In this document: positions 34,366-45,880 of the stretch, one piece after another
Numbering within the stretch: position 1 is the first letter of the stretch
How the letters are laid out: each line of letters starts with the position of its first letter
Origin: Dehalococcoidia bacterium
GTDB lineage: Bacteria > Chloroflexota > Dehalococcoidia > Lucifugimonadales > UBA3495
Direction: 5' to 3'
Assembly (NCBI GenBank): GCA_965261355.1
Contig: CBDHDK010000002.1
Span: forward strand, 268,637 to 332,636
DNA length: 64,000 bases
The notes under the pieces: generated by a model
Databases searched by the model: none
The model's input: the letters and a program-made list of their open reading frames with translations, nothing else
What the model was told of the DNA's origin: nothing
Translations under genes and position numbers: made by a program

Positions 34366-35773
34366 TACGGCAGTCGCAGATCGAAAACGGGTAGAATTGG
34401 GGCAATCAACGGGTGGTGAGGTGAGGCTGTGGCAGGGCACGGGGATGAGGTGGCTGAGGTCACCCGGTGGGCCGAGGGCATCGAAAAGGTGCACGAGTGC
34501 ATCGCGGGACGGTTCCGGCGTCCGGAGCCGCGGCGGCGGGCGCTGGACTATCTGAAGGGGTTGCTCAGCCCGGTGGAGCGCAAGAACGGCTGGCAATTGG
34601 CGGAGCAGGCGGGCGACGCCAGCCCCGATGGGGTGCAGCGTCTGTTGTACAACTACCAGTGGGACGCTGACCTGGTTCGCGATGACTTGAAGAGCTACGT
34701 GATCGAGCATCTGGCCGACGCTGCGGCAGTTCTGGCGGTGGACGAGACCGGATTCCTCAAGAAAGGGGACAAGTCGGTTGGGGTGCAGCGTCAGTACAGC
34801 GGTACGGCAGGGCGGATCGAGAACTGTCAGATTGGCGTGTTCCTGGCCTATGCCAGTGTCAATGGCAGGACTCTGCTGGACCGGGAATTGTACCTGCCCC
34901 AGGTGTGGGCGGAGGACTTGGAGCGGCGACGGGAGGCCGGAGTGCCGGAGGGGGTGTCATTCCGGACCAAGCCGCAACTGGCGCAGCTCATGCTGGAGCG
35001 GGCGGTGGAGTCGGGAGTCCCCTTCGGCTGGGTGGCCGGGGACGAGGTCTACGGCAATGACCGCAACTTGCGGCTGTGGCTGGAGCGGCAGGGCGTTCCC
35101 CACGTGCTGGCCATCAAACGCAGTGAGAAGCTATGGGCTTTGACGGACAGGGGACCGCGTCAGGTGAAGGCCGACCGTCTGGCGTCCGGAGTTGAGGAAT
35201 GCGCGTGGGTGAGGTGCAGCGCCGGGGACGGAGCCAAGGGACCACGGGTCTACGACTGGGCCACGGTGGATATACGTCCCCTGAGGGAGCCTGGCAAAGG
35301 CTATTGGCTGCTGGCGCGGCGCAGTCTGTCCAACCCCGAGGAACTGGCCTACTACGTCTGTTACGGCTCGGCGGGAACGACCCTGGAGGAACTGGCGAGG
35401 GTGGCCGGGACCCGGTGGGCCATAGAGGAATGCTTCGAGGAGGCCAAGGGACAGGTGGGGCTGGACCAGTATGAAGTGCGGAGGTGGGACGGCTGGTACC
35501 GGCACATCACGCTGTCGATGTTGGCCCACGCGTATCTGTCCGTGATCAAGCATCAGGCCATGGAACAGGGAGAAAAGGGGGCTGCTACGGTCCGGATGAA
35601 GAACTGATTCCCATGACAGTGCCCGAGGTGCGCCGGCTGCTGACCCACCTCGTATGGACAGAGAACCAACCGCCTGATTTCATCCTGTACTGGTCGTGGT
35701 GGAGACGCCGCCACCAAGCCAGAGCCCGGCGTTGCCATTACAAACGGCGCCAATCTAATCTGCGACTGTAGTA
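34366..35773 (+). mobile_element. IS701-family element (transposase 34429-35607 plus frameshifted tail)
   Basis: VDETGFLKKG.KSVGVQRQYSGTAGRIENCQ, RWAIEECF; TIR tac..cagtcgcagat; AAAAGGGGG at about 35573; CTAG flanks. Confidence 0.92.
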
Positions 35774-36614
35774 CTAGATAACCCGGTCTCCCCACCCTGG
35801 CGTGGACTGGCTGTCCGTCTCACCAGACCCCCCGGGCAAAGGAGCCAACATTACGCGCCAACGGGGACTTTCCTTGAACGCCTCAACAAGGAGTTCCTCG
35901 AGCGGAACATCGATGTCGATATCGTCGAATTCGAAGTTGAAGGCAGCCTTCACGTGGGCCGGGCATACGAGGCCCGTCGTGGCGTGGTTCTCCAGTCCCA
36001 CCCGCCTCAGTTCCTCGCGTTCGGCGAGGGTCATCTTCCGTTGGTAGTGGCAGCCAGCGATGGCGCATTTGACCGACGCTTTTCTGGGCATTTCCCCAAT
36101 ATTACAACAACAGCTCGAGAAGGGGGGCTGGCATGCGCGCAGGGTGTTCAGCGTCAACCTTTATCTTGGTTGTGGAGTGGGAACAATCCCTGCACCCAGG
36201 TAGTCCTGGGCATAGGCTCACAAACCGGAAAGGGCCGTTGAACGCTGAAAATGAGATTTGCACAACTGGTTCTTCTGACCGCCGGACGTAACCCGGGGGA
36301 CAGGACGGACCCCGTCCGCCAACTGTTGACGACCGAAGGCAAAACGTTACTTTTTACCGGTAATTACCCCCCGTCCGCTGGAGTGTGGCTTAGACCATCT
36401 CCCTCGGGTGGGCGTTTTTATGCCATCGGCGCTCCCACGGGGCACAGCACAGCCACCGGCGCCGGCGGAGTCGAACCGGAAACGCCAGGCGGGTAAGCCG
36501 GCCGGGTGATTGACTCCACCGCGCCGGATGCCGAGGCAGGTAATCCCCCGACCTGTGCTAGGATTCGGACAAGCCTCCCCAAAGCCGCCCAGCAAACGCA
36601 GGGACTGGAGCGAT

Positions 36615-39600
36615 ATGAGAATGTCACGACTTTTCCTGGGAATATTTTCCCTTGCACTGATTCTACCGTTGTTGCTGCTGGCCTGCGTCGGCTCTGATGA
36701 GCCGACGCATGGGCCATCCTCGGAACGGGCCACCGCGGCTCCGACAGACCTGCCCGACTCGGAACGGGCCACCGATGAGCCGGAGGACAGGGCATCCTCT
36801 GGACAGACCACACCCGAGCCGACCCCGCCCGCACCGGACCGGGAAGCGCTGGTCGCCATCTATAACGCCACCGGCGGCCCGAATTGGATAAGAAACAATA
36901 ACTGGCTGAGCGACGCGCCGATTAGCGAGTGGGAAGGCGTCACCACTGACGGCAACGGCCGCGTCACCGAACTGTGGCTCAACGGGAACGAGTTGAGCGG
37001 GGAAATACCGCCCGAGCTGGGCAACCTCGCCAACCTGATCGAGTTGTACCTCTTCAGGAACCAGTTGACCGGGGAGATACCGCCGGAGTTGGGCAACCTC
37101 GCCAACCTGACATGGCTGGACCTCGACGGGAACCAGTTCAGCGGGGAGATACCGCCGGAGTTGGGCAACCTCGCCAACTTGACCGGGCTGGGCCTCAGCG
37201 GGGACGGGTTGAGCGGGGGGATTCCGCCGGAGTTGGGCAACCTCGCCAACCTGACATCGCTATACATCCAGCAAACCCAGTTGAGCGGGGGGATTCCGCC
37301 GGAGTTGGGCAACCTCGCCAATCTGAAACATATGTACCTCATCTGGAACCAGTTGAGCGGGGAGATTCCGCCGGAGTTGGGCAATCTCGCCAACCTGACA
37401 AGGCTGGGCCTTTCCAACAACGAGTTGAGCGGGGAGATACCGCGGGAGTTGGGCAACCTCGCCAACCTGACAGTGCTGGGCCTCGGCAGGAACCAGTTGA
37501 GCGGGGAGATACCGCCGGAGTTGGGCAGCTTCGCCAACCTGATAAGGCTGGGCCTCAACGGGAACCAGTTGAGTGGGGAGATACCGCCGGAGTTCGGCAA
37601 CCTCGCCCACCTGCAATTTCTGGGCCTCGACGGGAACCAGTTGAGTGGGGAGATACCGCCGGAGTTCGGCAACCTCGCCCACCTGCAATTTCTGGGCCTC
37701 GACGGGAACCAGTTGAGCGGGTGCGTGCCAAGCAGTTTGTCAGGCCGTTTGGATTTGGAGCGTTCAGACCTAGGTGGTCTCCCGCTCTGCCCCTGGCCCG
37801 AAGCGGACCGGAACGCACTGGTTGCCTTCTATAACGCCACCGGCGGCCCGTACTGGAATAGTAACGATAACTGGCTGAGCGACGTGCCGATCAGTGAATG
37901 GGCAGGTGTCACCACTGACGGCAACGGCCGCGTCACCCAACTGTGGTTCGACGGGAACCAGTTGAGCGGGGAGATACCGCCCGGGTTGGGCACCCTCGCC
38001 AACCTGGCAGTACTGGGCCTCGGCTGGAACCAGTTGAGCGGGGAGATACCGCCGGAGTTGGGCAACCTCGCCAACCTGGAACTTCTGTGGCTCGTCCGGA
38101 ACCAGTTGAGCGGGGAGATACCGCCGGAGTTGGGCAACCTCGCCAACCTGAAATGGCTGCACCTTGAGGGGAACCAGTTGAGCGGGTGCGTACCAAGCAG
38201 TTTGTCAGTCCGGTTGGATATGGAAGAATCAGACCTGGGTGGTCTTCCGCCCTGCCCTGCGGCCACCGCCGAGCCGATGATGGCGCAGACCCCGCCCGAA
38301 ACGGACCGGGAAGCGCTGGTCGCCCTCTATAACGCCACCGGCGGCCCGAATTGGATAAGAGACAATAACTGGCTGAGCGACGTGCCGATCAGCGAATGGG
38401 AAGGCGTCGCCACTGACGGCAACGGCCGCGTCACCGAACTGGACCTCGAGGGGAACGAGTTGAGCGGGGAGATACCGCCGGAGTTGGGCAACCTCGTTAA
38501 CCTGGAATTTCTGTGGCTGGTCCGGAACGAGTTGAGCGGGGAGATACCGCCGGAGTTCGGCAACCTCGCCAACCTGGAATTTCTGGGCCTCGACGGGAAC
38601 GAGTTGAGCGGGGAGATACCGCCGGAGTTCGGCAACCTCGCCAACCTGACAGGGGGATTGTACCTCGGCGGGAACCAGTTGAGCGGGTGCGTGCCAAACT
38701 ATTTGTCGGGCCGGTTGGATATGGAACGTTCAGACCTGGGTGATCTCCAGTTCTGCCGTGCCTGGGGTGAACCTTCCAAGCGCCGGCCCACCACGATACC
38801 CGCTGCCATAGGGTTCGCAGAATGCATCCCTGAGGATCTGCACCACCACCTGTTGAGCATTGACGCCATCGAAAGTCTGGAGGACCTCAGGACGGTCAAC
38901 TGGGCCCCTCCCGCGGAGTTGGGTTCTGTTTACATTCCGGAAATCTGCCAGACCGTAGATGTGGTTCTCACTGCCGGTGAAGAACCCAAGGTTTTCAACG
39001 ACAACGTATTCGTCCTGCCCATCCCGGGAGACCTGGTCACGGAGCAACCCCTGAATCCCACTCACTACACTTCCCGCTTCTATGAATACTTTGACGATGA
39101 GTTTGATTTTCTGATATTCGTCACAAGTTTGCACCAATTCGTAGAACAAAGGCTCGGCGGCGGTAATCCCCAGTATTACCCTGTGTCCAACGGCGTGCGG
39201 GGAATCGGGTTCCGCATTTGGTCCAATGCGCAGAAGATGGGTTCGGGCGGCAGGCTTCAAGGTTTGGTCCGGATGCCCACCTACAGAACGATGGCTCATC
39301 AACACATATTGCTGCATGAACTCATGCACCGCTGGGGGGCTTATATAACAGGGAGCCTGGATTACCATTGGGCCTTCAGCAGTACCCACGGAATTTTGGG
39401 AGGATTTGACATTGCCGACTTGATGGATCTCGGCGACGGCGACTTTGCCGTCAGGCATAATTCGCTCAGCACCGGCGTACTTACCGACTCCAGTCGAACT
39501 GATGTCTACAGTCCAATTGAATTGTACGTGGCGGGCTTCATGCCACCGGGCGGCGTGCCAGACCTTTGGGTTGGTGAGGACGCGGAATGGGTACGGGACC

Positions 39601-39941
39601 AGTGGGGAGCGTATTCGCTCTACAGTGGGAAATACACTTTCTTCAAGCCGGGTACGGTCAGGATCTATACGATCGAGGAAATCATAGCGGAGCATGGCGA
39701 ACGCATCCCGGACTCGTCCCGGTCCCAAAAGGATTTCCGGGCGGCGGTGGTCATGCTAATTGACGGGAACCACCCGGCAACGAAGTGGCAACTGGACCAA
39801 TTGAGTTCCTACGTCGCCGCGTTCAGTTTCCCTGGGGAAAGTCGTGATGGCATGTACAACTTTTATGAAGCAACCGGAGGGCGGGGTACGATTGCCATGG
39901 GAGAGTTGTCAGAATTCCTGAAGGGGGGCAGTGAGCCCTAG
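36615..39941 (+). CDS. Lipoprotein with three plant-type LRR modules and a C-terminal HExxH zinc-metalloprotease-like domain
   Basis: Lipobox LLAC; DREALVA.YNATGG.NW caps; 24-aa LSGEIPPELGNLANL repeats; LLHELMHRWG. Confidence 0.88.
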   Translation: MRMSRLFLGIFSLALILPLLLLACVGSDEPTHGPSSERATAAPTDLPDSERATDEPEDRASSGQTTPEPTPPAPDREALVAIYNATGGPNWIRNNNWLSDAPISEWEGVTTDGNGRVTELWLNGNELSGEIPPELGNLANLIELYLFRNQLTGEIPPELGNLANLTWLDLDGNQFSGEIPPELGNLANLTGLGLSGDGLSGGIPPELGNLANLTSLYIQQTQLSGGIPPELGNLANLKHMYLIWNQLSGEIPPELGNLANLTRLGLSNNELSGEIPRELGNLANLTVLGLGRNQLSGEIPPELGSFANLIRLGLNGNQLSGEIPPEFGNLAHLQFLGLDGNQLSGEIPPEFGNLAHLQFLGLDGNQLSGCVPSSLSGRLDLERSDLGGLPLCPWPEADRNALVAFYNATGGPYWNSNDNWLSDVPISEWAGVTTDGNGRVTQLWFDGNQLSGEIPPGLGTLANLAVLGLGWNQLSGEIPPELGNLANLELLWLVRNQLSGEIPPELGNLANLKWLHLEGNQLSGCVPSSLSVRLDMEESDLGGLPPCPAATAEPMMAQTPPETDREALVALYNATGGPNWIRDNNWLSDVPISEWEGVATDGNGRVTELDLEGNELSGEIPPELGNLVNLEFLWLVRNELSGEIPPEFGNLANLEFLGLDGNELSGEIPPEFGNLANLTGGLYLGGNQLSGCVPNYLSGRLDMERSDLGDLQFCRAWGEPSKRRPTTIPAAIGFAECIPEDLHHHLLSIDAIESLEDLRTVNWAPPAELGSVYIPEICQTVDVVLTAGEEPKVFNDNVFVLPIPGDLVTEQPLNPTHYTSRFYEYFDDEFDFLIFVTSLHQFVEQRLGGGNPQYYPVSNGVRGIGFRIWSNAQKMGSGGRLQGLVRMPTYRTMAHQHILLHELMHRWGAYITGSLDYHWAFSSTHGILGGFDIADLMDLGDGDFAVRHNSLSTGVLTDSSRTDVYSPIELYVAGFMPPGGVPDLWVGEDAEWVRDQWGAYSLYSGKYTFFKPGTVRIYTIEEIIAEHGERIPDSSRSQKDFRAAVVMLIDGNHPATKWQLDQLSSYVAAFSFPGESRDGMYNFYEATGGRGTIAMGELSEFLKGGSEP

Positions 39942-41852
39942 AAATCTGGCCGGAAAGTGGTTTGAGTCGCCGAGCATTTATAATTGGGGTCAACAAGAGT
40001 AGCGAGGGTTGAGAATGCTGGGAGAGCGTTCGGACCAGAGGGGTCTTTGGGAAGCGGACCGGTTGTACCTGGACCACGTGGGGAAGGACACCTTCTACGG
40101 TCTGCTGGCTTCCCTGCGGGGCCGGCTGTTCCAGGACTCCGATTTCGCGGTGTTCTACTGCGCTGACAACGGCCGGGACAGCGTGCCGCCCAGCCTGCTG
40201 GCCACGGCGCTGCTGTTGCAGACCCACGACAAGGTGAGCGACGCCGAGGCCAAGGCCCGGGCCGACTTCGACATCCGCTGGAAGGTGGCTCTGGGGATTG
40301 AGGTGGAGGACAGGCCCTTCGCCAAAAGCACGCTCCAGGTGTTCCGGGCCCAGCTGATCCTGCACGACAGGGTGCGGGAGGTATTCGAGTCCAGCGTGCG
40401 CCTCGCCCGGGAGTCGGGCTACCTGAAGAGGCGCAGCATGAAGGTGGCTCTGGACACGACCAACATCCTGGGCCGGGGCGCGGTGAGGGACACCTACAAT
40501 CTGCTGGCCGACGGGATCGTCAAACTGATGCGGGCGCTGGCGCAGGTTGAGGGAATCAGCGTCGGGAAATGGGCCAAGGCCCGGGGATACGGGCGGTACC
40601 TCGCCTCCAGCATCAAGGGAGAGGCGACCATCGACTGGTCGGACAAGCGGGCGCGGACGGCACTGCTGGCGGGGATTGTGGGAGACGCGGACCGGCTCTT
40701 GGAATTATCGCGGCTGGCCCAGGGGGAGTTGCCCGAGGACGGTGCTGAGCGTCAGCAGATAGTGGCGGCGGCGGAACTGCTGGGGCAGTTGCTGCTCCAG
40801 GACATTGAGCGCAAGGGTGGCGACGGCGACGGCGATGACGGCGTGAGCCTCAAGGACGGGGTGAGCAAGGACCGGATGATGTCGGTGCACGACCCTGAGA
40901 TGCGCCACGGGCACAAGAGCAGCAGGAGACGCTTCGACGGACACAAGGCGGCGATTGTGGTTGACACCGACACCCAGCTGATCACCGCCGTGGAGGTACT
41001 GCCGGGCAACGCTCCGGACAACCTGGGGGCGCTGGAACTGGTAGAACAGAGCGAGGCCAACACCGGTGTGCCGGTGCAGGAGGCCATGGGCGACGCCGCC
41101 TATGGAGACGGAGCTACCAGGCAGACCTTCGCCGACGCGGGCCGCACCCTGATTGCCCGGGTGCCGGGACGGCCCGACCGGCAGCGCTTTCCCAAGAATG
41201 ACTTTGTCATCGACCTGGTGGCGGGCAGTTGCACCTGTCCGGCAGGGCAGGTCACCCACACCATAGTGCCAGCGGGACGGCGTACGGATGCCGCGGGTCG
41301 GATACACCACTTGCAGGCCTTCCAGTTCGACGGGTCCGAATGTATGACATGTCCCCTGCGGTCTCAGTGCATCTCGGCCAAGGGCAGGAAGGGACGGCGG
41401 GTGCTGATCCATCCCCAGGAGGCTCTCCTGCAACAGGCCCGTGCGTTGCAACAGAGCGCCGGGTATGACGAATATCGAGCGCGACGCGTGGTGGTCGAGC
41501 ACAGATTGGCCCGACTGGTCCAGTTGGGCATTCGCCAGTCCCGCTACTTCGGACGCGCCAAGACGCGATTCCAGCTGTACCTAGCGGCTACAGTGGCCAA
41601 CCTGACCCTGGTGGCGGGCAAAATCGAGCTGTCGGACAGTGTCGGCGGTGGGCTTCCGCGCCACCGCGCCGTCCTCAGTGCCGTCCCCAGTGCCGTCCCC
41701 AGTGATGTCCAGGCTGTTTCCCACGGTGTGGTCGCCCATGCTACGGCCATTTTCGGCGCTGTCCGGCTCGGACTGCTGTGGTCCCAGATTCTGTTCGCCC
41801 CGGCTTTACTGCCGAAATCTCTCTCCCCATCCAGGGCTTTTCGGCCCGGCTT
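39942..41852 (+). mobile_element. IS1182-like element copy 3 (transposase 40009-41856)
   Basis: Near-identical to copy 2; CTAG at 39938 and 41853. Confidence 0.88.
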
Positions 41853-41870
41853 CTAGTAGCCTGTCCGAAG

Positions 41871-42036
41871 CGGGAACCAGCTGAGCGGGGAGATACCCTC
41901 TGAGTTGGGCTACCTCGCCAACCTGACATTGCTGAACCTCAGCTTTAACCAGTTGACCGGGTGCGTGCCAAGGGGTTTATCGGGCCGGTTGGATATGGAT
42001 AATTCGAACCTGGGTGGTCTCCAGTTCTGCCAGTGA
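41871..42036 (+). pseudogene. Orphan LRR C-terminal fragment
   Basis: [32 protein letters not shown]. Confidence 0.8.
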
Positions 42037-42656
42037 GGCCCAGGCTCACCCGGCCTATCGCTGAGATAAATTCTCCGCGGAGAGTACAGGAGGCGAGGCC
42101 CCGTGTCCTCCGTGTCCTCCGTGCACCCCGCAACGTCGTCCGCCGCCCACCGGGTGCCGAGCCATGCCGGCGCAAGCCCGAGGGCTGCTGGACCGCCCCT
42201 CCATTTCGGGGACGCAGTCCCGGACAGCCAGCACTGCCACCACCCCAAAGGATCGCTGGCTCATACACCTCATTCCAGCCACGGGGAGGCCCTCGCCCGC
42301 GAACTCGCACTGGGCGTACTTCGCCACCATCGTGGTGCTGTGCGCCCCTGCCGCATGAACACTGAGTCTGGAACGCCAGCCCGGGTCTGACCCACCCGGC
42401 CGGGTGGCTGGAAACTCCCGTTGCAGGATCCTTGGCAGAATCCTATACATCAGCTATTCCAGCACCCCCTGCTCCTGCGTCCTGACAGGACCCTGAGCAC
42501 CTCCCCAGGTCTGCCTTTTGATGACAGCAGCCTGTTGCGCATCAGCACTTGGATGCCGGATCATGTAAACGAGCCGTTCAGCGCCTGACAGACAGTAAAC
42601 GGCGACGACGCCGGCGCTGTCGGCTCATCCTCTCTCCACCTCCAGGACGCCACCCC

Positions 42657-42983
42657 ATGCAGAAAGCCGCCATCTACGTCAGAGATCCCCTGACAACAGC
42701 CGGCAGCATCATCTCCAAAGAGGACCAGGAGAATGCCTGCCGAGAATACTGCCAGGCACGAGGCCTCACAGTCTCAGCCACGTTCATGGACACCGCCGGC
42801 AACCAGGACGAGTTCACCAGGATGATCTCCGTAGCCACCCTTGACGATATCCCCCTCGACTTCATAGTCGTCTGGAAGCTCAATCGCTTCTCCATGTCCC
42901 TGGAGGAGACCATCGAGCTGCGAGACAAACTCAGACGAGTTGGCACCAAGCTGGTCTCGACCACAGAGAGAGGCATCGACTAG
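42657..42983 (+). CDS. Serine-recombinase catalytic domain only
   Basis: AAIYVR..Q...C, IVVWKLNRFS; no DNA-binding domain. Confidence 0.65.
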   Translation: MQKAAIYVRDPLTTAGSIISKEDQENACREYCQARGLTVSATFMDTAGNQDEFTRMISVATLDDIPLDFIVVWKLNRFSMSLEETIELRDKLRRVGTKLVSTTERGID

Positions 42984-43078
42984 CCGTCCCTCTCGATTTC
43001 ATCAGCCGAAACCCAGCAATCCCATGTCCCCAGCCAAGTGTACCAACAGCCAGGTCACTCCCATTTTTAGAGGCAAGT

Positions 43079-43114
43079 TAAACCCGTGATAAAGATAGGC
43101 TTGTCACGGGTTTA
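43079..43114. other. loxP-like recombination site
   Basis: taaacccgtgataa-agataggc-ttgtcacgggttta: 14-bp arms (1 mismatch) and 8-bp spacer. Confidence 0.65.
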
Positions 43115-43126
43115 TGGGAGCCCCCG

Positions 43127-43600
43127 ATGTCGGTGCAAGTGGAAGGGGACCGCCGGTCCGTTCTGGCCAGAACGGACCACCTACAGGAGGTCCTGGAGCT
43201 GTCGGACCGCGACCGGGCCGCGGTCGCGGCCATCGCCGCAGCTGCAGGATGCCAAGGCCGCCAACACCCGGCGGGCCTATCTAGCCGCATGGAAGCTATT
43301 CTGAGACTGGACCCGACTCACTGACCAGCAATCCATGCCCGCAGATCCCTGATTGTCGCCCTCTACCTGGGCCACCTAGCGGCGGATAGGAAGCCCGTGG
43401 CCGCCATCTCCCACGCCCATGCCGCCGCGGGGATCGCGAAGACCGACGATCTCTCCCGCCATCCGGTCGTGGTTGAAACGATCAAGGGGGCTGGCGGAAT
43501 CAAGGACCAGCGCCCAAGCAGGCCAACGTACTGACGTCTGAGGCCCCAGCACGGATCAGGGAGAAAGCTCCCCCCAAGGCCAGCCAAATGTCTAATTGCC
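43127..43600 (+). pseudogene. Cre-like tyrosine recombinase, N-terminal remnant
   Basis: AKAANTRRAY..AWK.F, PA.P..VALYLGHLA, AISHAH..AG, HPVVVETIKG across frameshifts and stops. Confidence 0.65.
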
Positions 43601-43901
43601 TGCCCAGCAGAACTGGCCAATGCATCAGGGGCGAGATGTCAGGAGCCATCCGCCCGCCTAACGGCGCTCACAGACCCTCAGGATACGCTTTCCCGAGGGC
43701 AAGATCAGCCCCTGACAGGGCTGCCCCGTCCCTCAACCCGAGACCCAACAGACAAGAGCATCCCTGGTACCGACGTGGTTTCGTCCACAGGCTCTACGGA
43801 GCCGGGGTGACCTGCTGGCCGTAGCAAGACCACACTCCAGAGCCGAAAATTTCGCTGTCCTTCAGCCGACTCAGGGTCATGGTGAGCATCCGAGGTACCT
43901 C

Positions 43902-44140
43902 CTAGTCGGCCGCGGTTAGGTGAAAAGACCCCTCGGCCAGGTAATCGCGGCAGACGACGAGAACCGGCAGATTGTCCATGCGATTCGGAGACCCGCACTT
44001 GGCGCACCTCGGTAGCACAGCCCCGTAGGTCCGCTCGGACAGCCCAACCTCCAAGTAGCTCCACCATCGCCCCCACGGTGTCTCGACGAGAATCATGCCG
44101 TCCGCCCAGGGGCGCGGCTGAGGGCCATGCAGTATAGCGT
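43902..44140 (-). pseudogene. Possible replication-relaxation nuclease C-terminal fragment
   Basis: WADG..YLEVGLS..LPVLVVC. Confidence 0.35.
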
Positions 44141-44344
44141 CAGGAGATGGACCGGCGCTTCCTTGCGGATTCCTCTCCAGTTGGACCACTTTTACCCGGC
44201 GCGACATGGATGACATCTCCAGGGCGCCGTTCCCAGGAAAACGGAGAGGAGCCGGAGGCCAGCAACTGATGACAGTCGGGCATTGCGAGTGGAAGGACCG
44301 AGGGGTTATCGTGAAACTCTCACTCTTCCTCAAGGGCCTGGGTC

Positions 44345-44768
44345 ATGGCCAACCCCACCTGCAGGAACTGCGACCGCAGCGCCGACGCCGGCGCTTACTG
44401 CAGTTCGTGCGCCTCGGGAATCATGGCCAGTGCCCTCAACCCCCACTCCCGCGGCCGATGGAAGAAACTTCCGCCAGGACAAGGGACACTTCCACGGCGG
44501 CCAGGACCCACTGCCGACAACTCTTCAGGTCAACAGCGCCTGTTCGGGCAGTCCCGACCATAGCGTTACACGGTGTAACGATATGAGAAAGATGGCCGCC
44601 TGTTGGACCTGCGGCCGCACCTTCTGGGTGTGGCGGCTCAGGGAGCGCAACTTCTGCTCTGGGAAGTGCCGGGTGCGACATCACCGCTCTGCCTTCAGGA
44701 AGCCCAGCAGGTCGAAGTCGGACGAGAGAGTCCTGGACCAGAGGTGGTCGGGAACACCCCCAGCCTAG
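44345..44768 (+). repeat. Copy 3 of zinc-finger module (ORFs 44345-44563 and 44583-44768)
   Basis: Near-identical to copy 2. Confidence 0.7.
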
Positions 44769-44880
44769 GGCGCGGACCGAGGCAAGGAACTTTCTCGAGT
44801 ACGAGGGAGGATTGCACTGGGACCCGTATCAGTACAAAGATCTGGCCTCAAGAGAAGCACTCTTGAAACCCGCCCAGCTA

Positions 44881-45210
44881 TCAGCCGTCGGCCGCAAGCC
44901 TCGCACTTACCAGGCGGTTCAGGCTCACCCCTGCCTCAGCGGCTTGAACGGCCAATGCGCGGTGAGTTTCAGGGGGGACGCGGACCATGAACTTACCGCT
45001 GTAAACGCGATCCGCCATTGGCTCCGGCACTCGCTCGCTGTTGGACTGCATGTCAGCAACACAGTCGGACACCAGTTCGCGAATACCGGAGAAGGCCTCT
45101 TCCTGACTGCCGGACAACCAGCTCAACAGCGGGAACTCTGCGCAGAGACCAACAAATTCTCCATCTTCGGAGGACCAAGTAACTCGATATGTGTAGTGGT
45201 CGATCATCAT
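44881..45210 (-). CDS. hicB: HicB-like antitoxin
   Basis: WS.ED..FVG.C.EFP.LSW; YSGKFMVRVPPE.HR.L...A...GVSLN. Confidence 0.85.
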   Translation of the reverse strand: MMIDHYTYRVTWSSEDGEFVGLCAEFPLLSWLSGSQEEAFSGIRELVSDCVADMQSNSERVPEPMADRVYSGKFMVRVPPETHRALAVQAAEAGVSLNRLVSARLAADG

Positions 45211-45269
45211 TCACTGTCTATGTAAGTCTATGTAATTCGATTCTATTAGATTCTTAGGTAACGTTGGGT

Positions 45270-45527
45270 CTAGGTTCTAAGCTCCTTCTCTAACCGCTCA
45301 AGGGCTTTTATGACTTGCCTGACTTGGTAGTCTTTGGCCATACCGTTGCTACCCCTCTGAATGTTCACCCTTGGGTCCCCGGGCCACGGGGTCCGGTAGA
45401 CCGAGTGGCTGCTTCCCTGCCGCCGTGGTGTTCCGAAGAAACGGTCGCATATCTTGGCGAGGTCTGCGAACCGGATGCCCTTGCGGTTCCTACGGAGTTC
45501 CTGAATCGCCGCGGGAATGCCTTCCAT
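45270..45527 (-). CDS. hicA: HicA-like toxin
   Basis: RFADL..C..FFG.PR..GSSH..Y, AK.YQVRQV. Confidence 0.8.
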   Translation of the reverse strand: MEGIPAAIQELRRNRKGIRFADLAKICDRFFGTPRRQGSSHSVYRTPWPGDPRVNIQRGSNGMAKDYQVRQVIKALERLEKELRT

Positions 45528-45880
45528 ATTTCAAGCCTCGCATTAGTATTCTCTCCTTATCCATCGCTCACCTCTCTTCCATGGAGCTCGAGCTTACGAT
45601 GCCAACATGATATCACTATTGATATCTTTTACCAAGAGACTGTGTGTCTTCAGCAGGGCAACTGTCTGGCCCGGTGCCCTGTGCGTCTGCGCACGCCAGA
45701 CGCTCCTATTCTTGCCGATTCTGTACGAAAACCACCCCTCCGGCGTTGCCTTTGCCTTGACCGATAATTACACTTATCAGACATGGCACAGTCAGCTCAG
45801 CAATGCTGCCGGCACCTCCACGAAGTCTTCGCGGATTATGCCTGCGCTACCGAGGTGGCTCAATTCTGAGTCAGCGATTT

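Noticed and set aside
36960-38700. Regular 72-bp repeats with variable segments resembling a CRISPR array
   Set aside because: They are in-frame LRR codons within one ORF, and no cas genes are present.
28173-41852. Composite transposon bounded by IS1182-like copies carrying vapBC and the LRR gene
   Set aside because: The CTAG flank is shared by every insertion, so it is not diagnostic; independent insertions explain the layout equally well.
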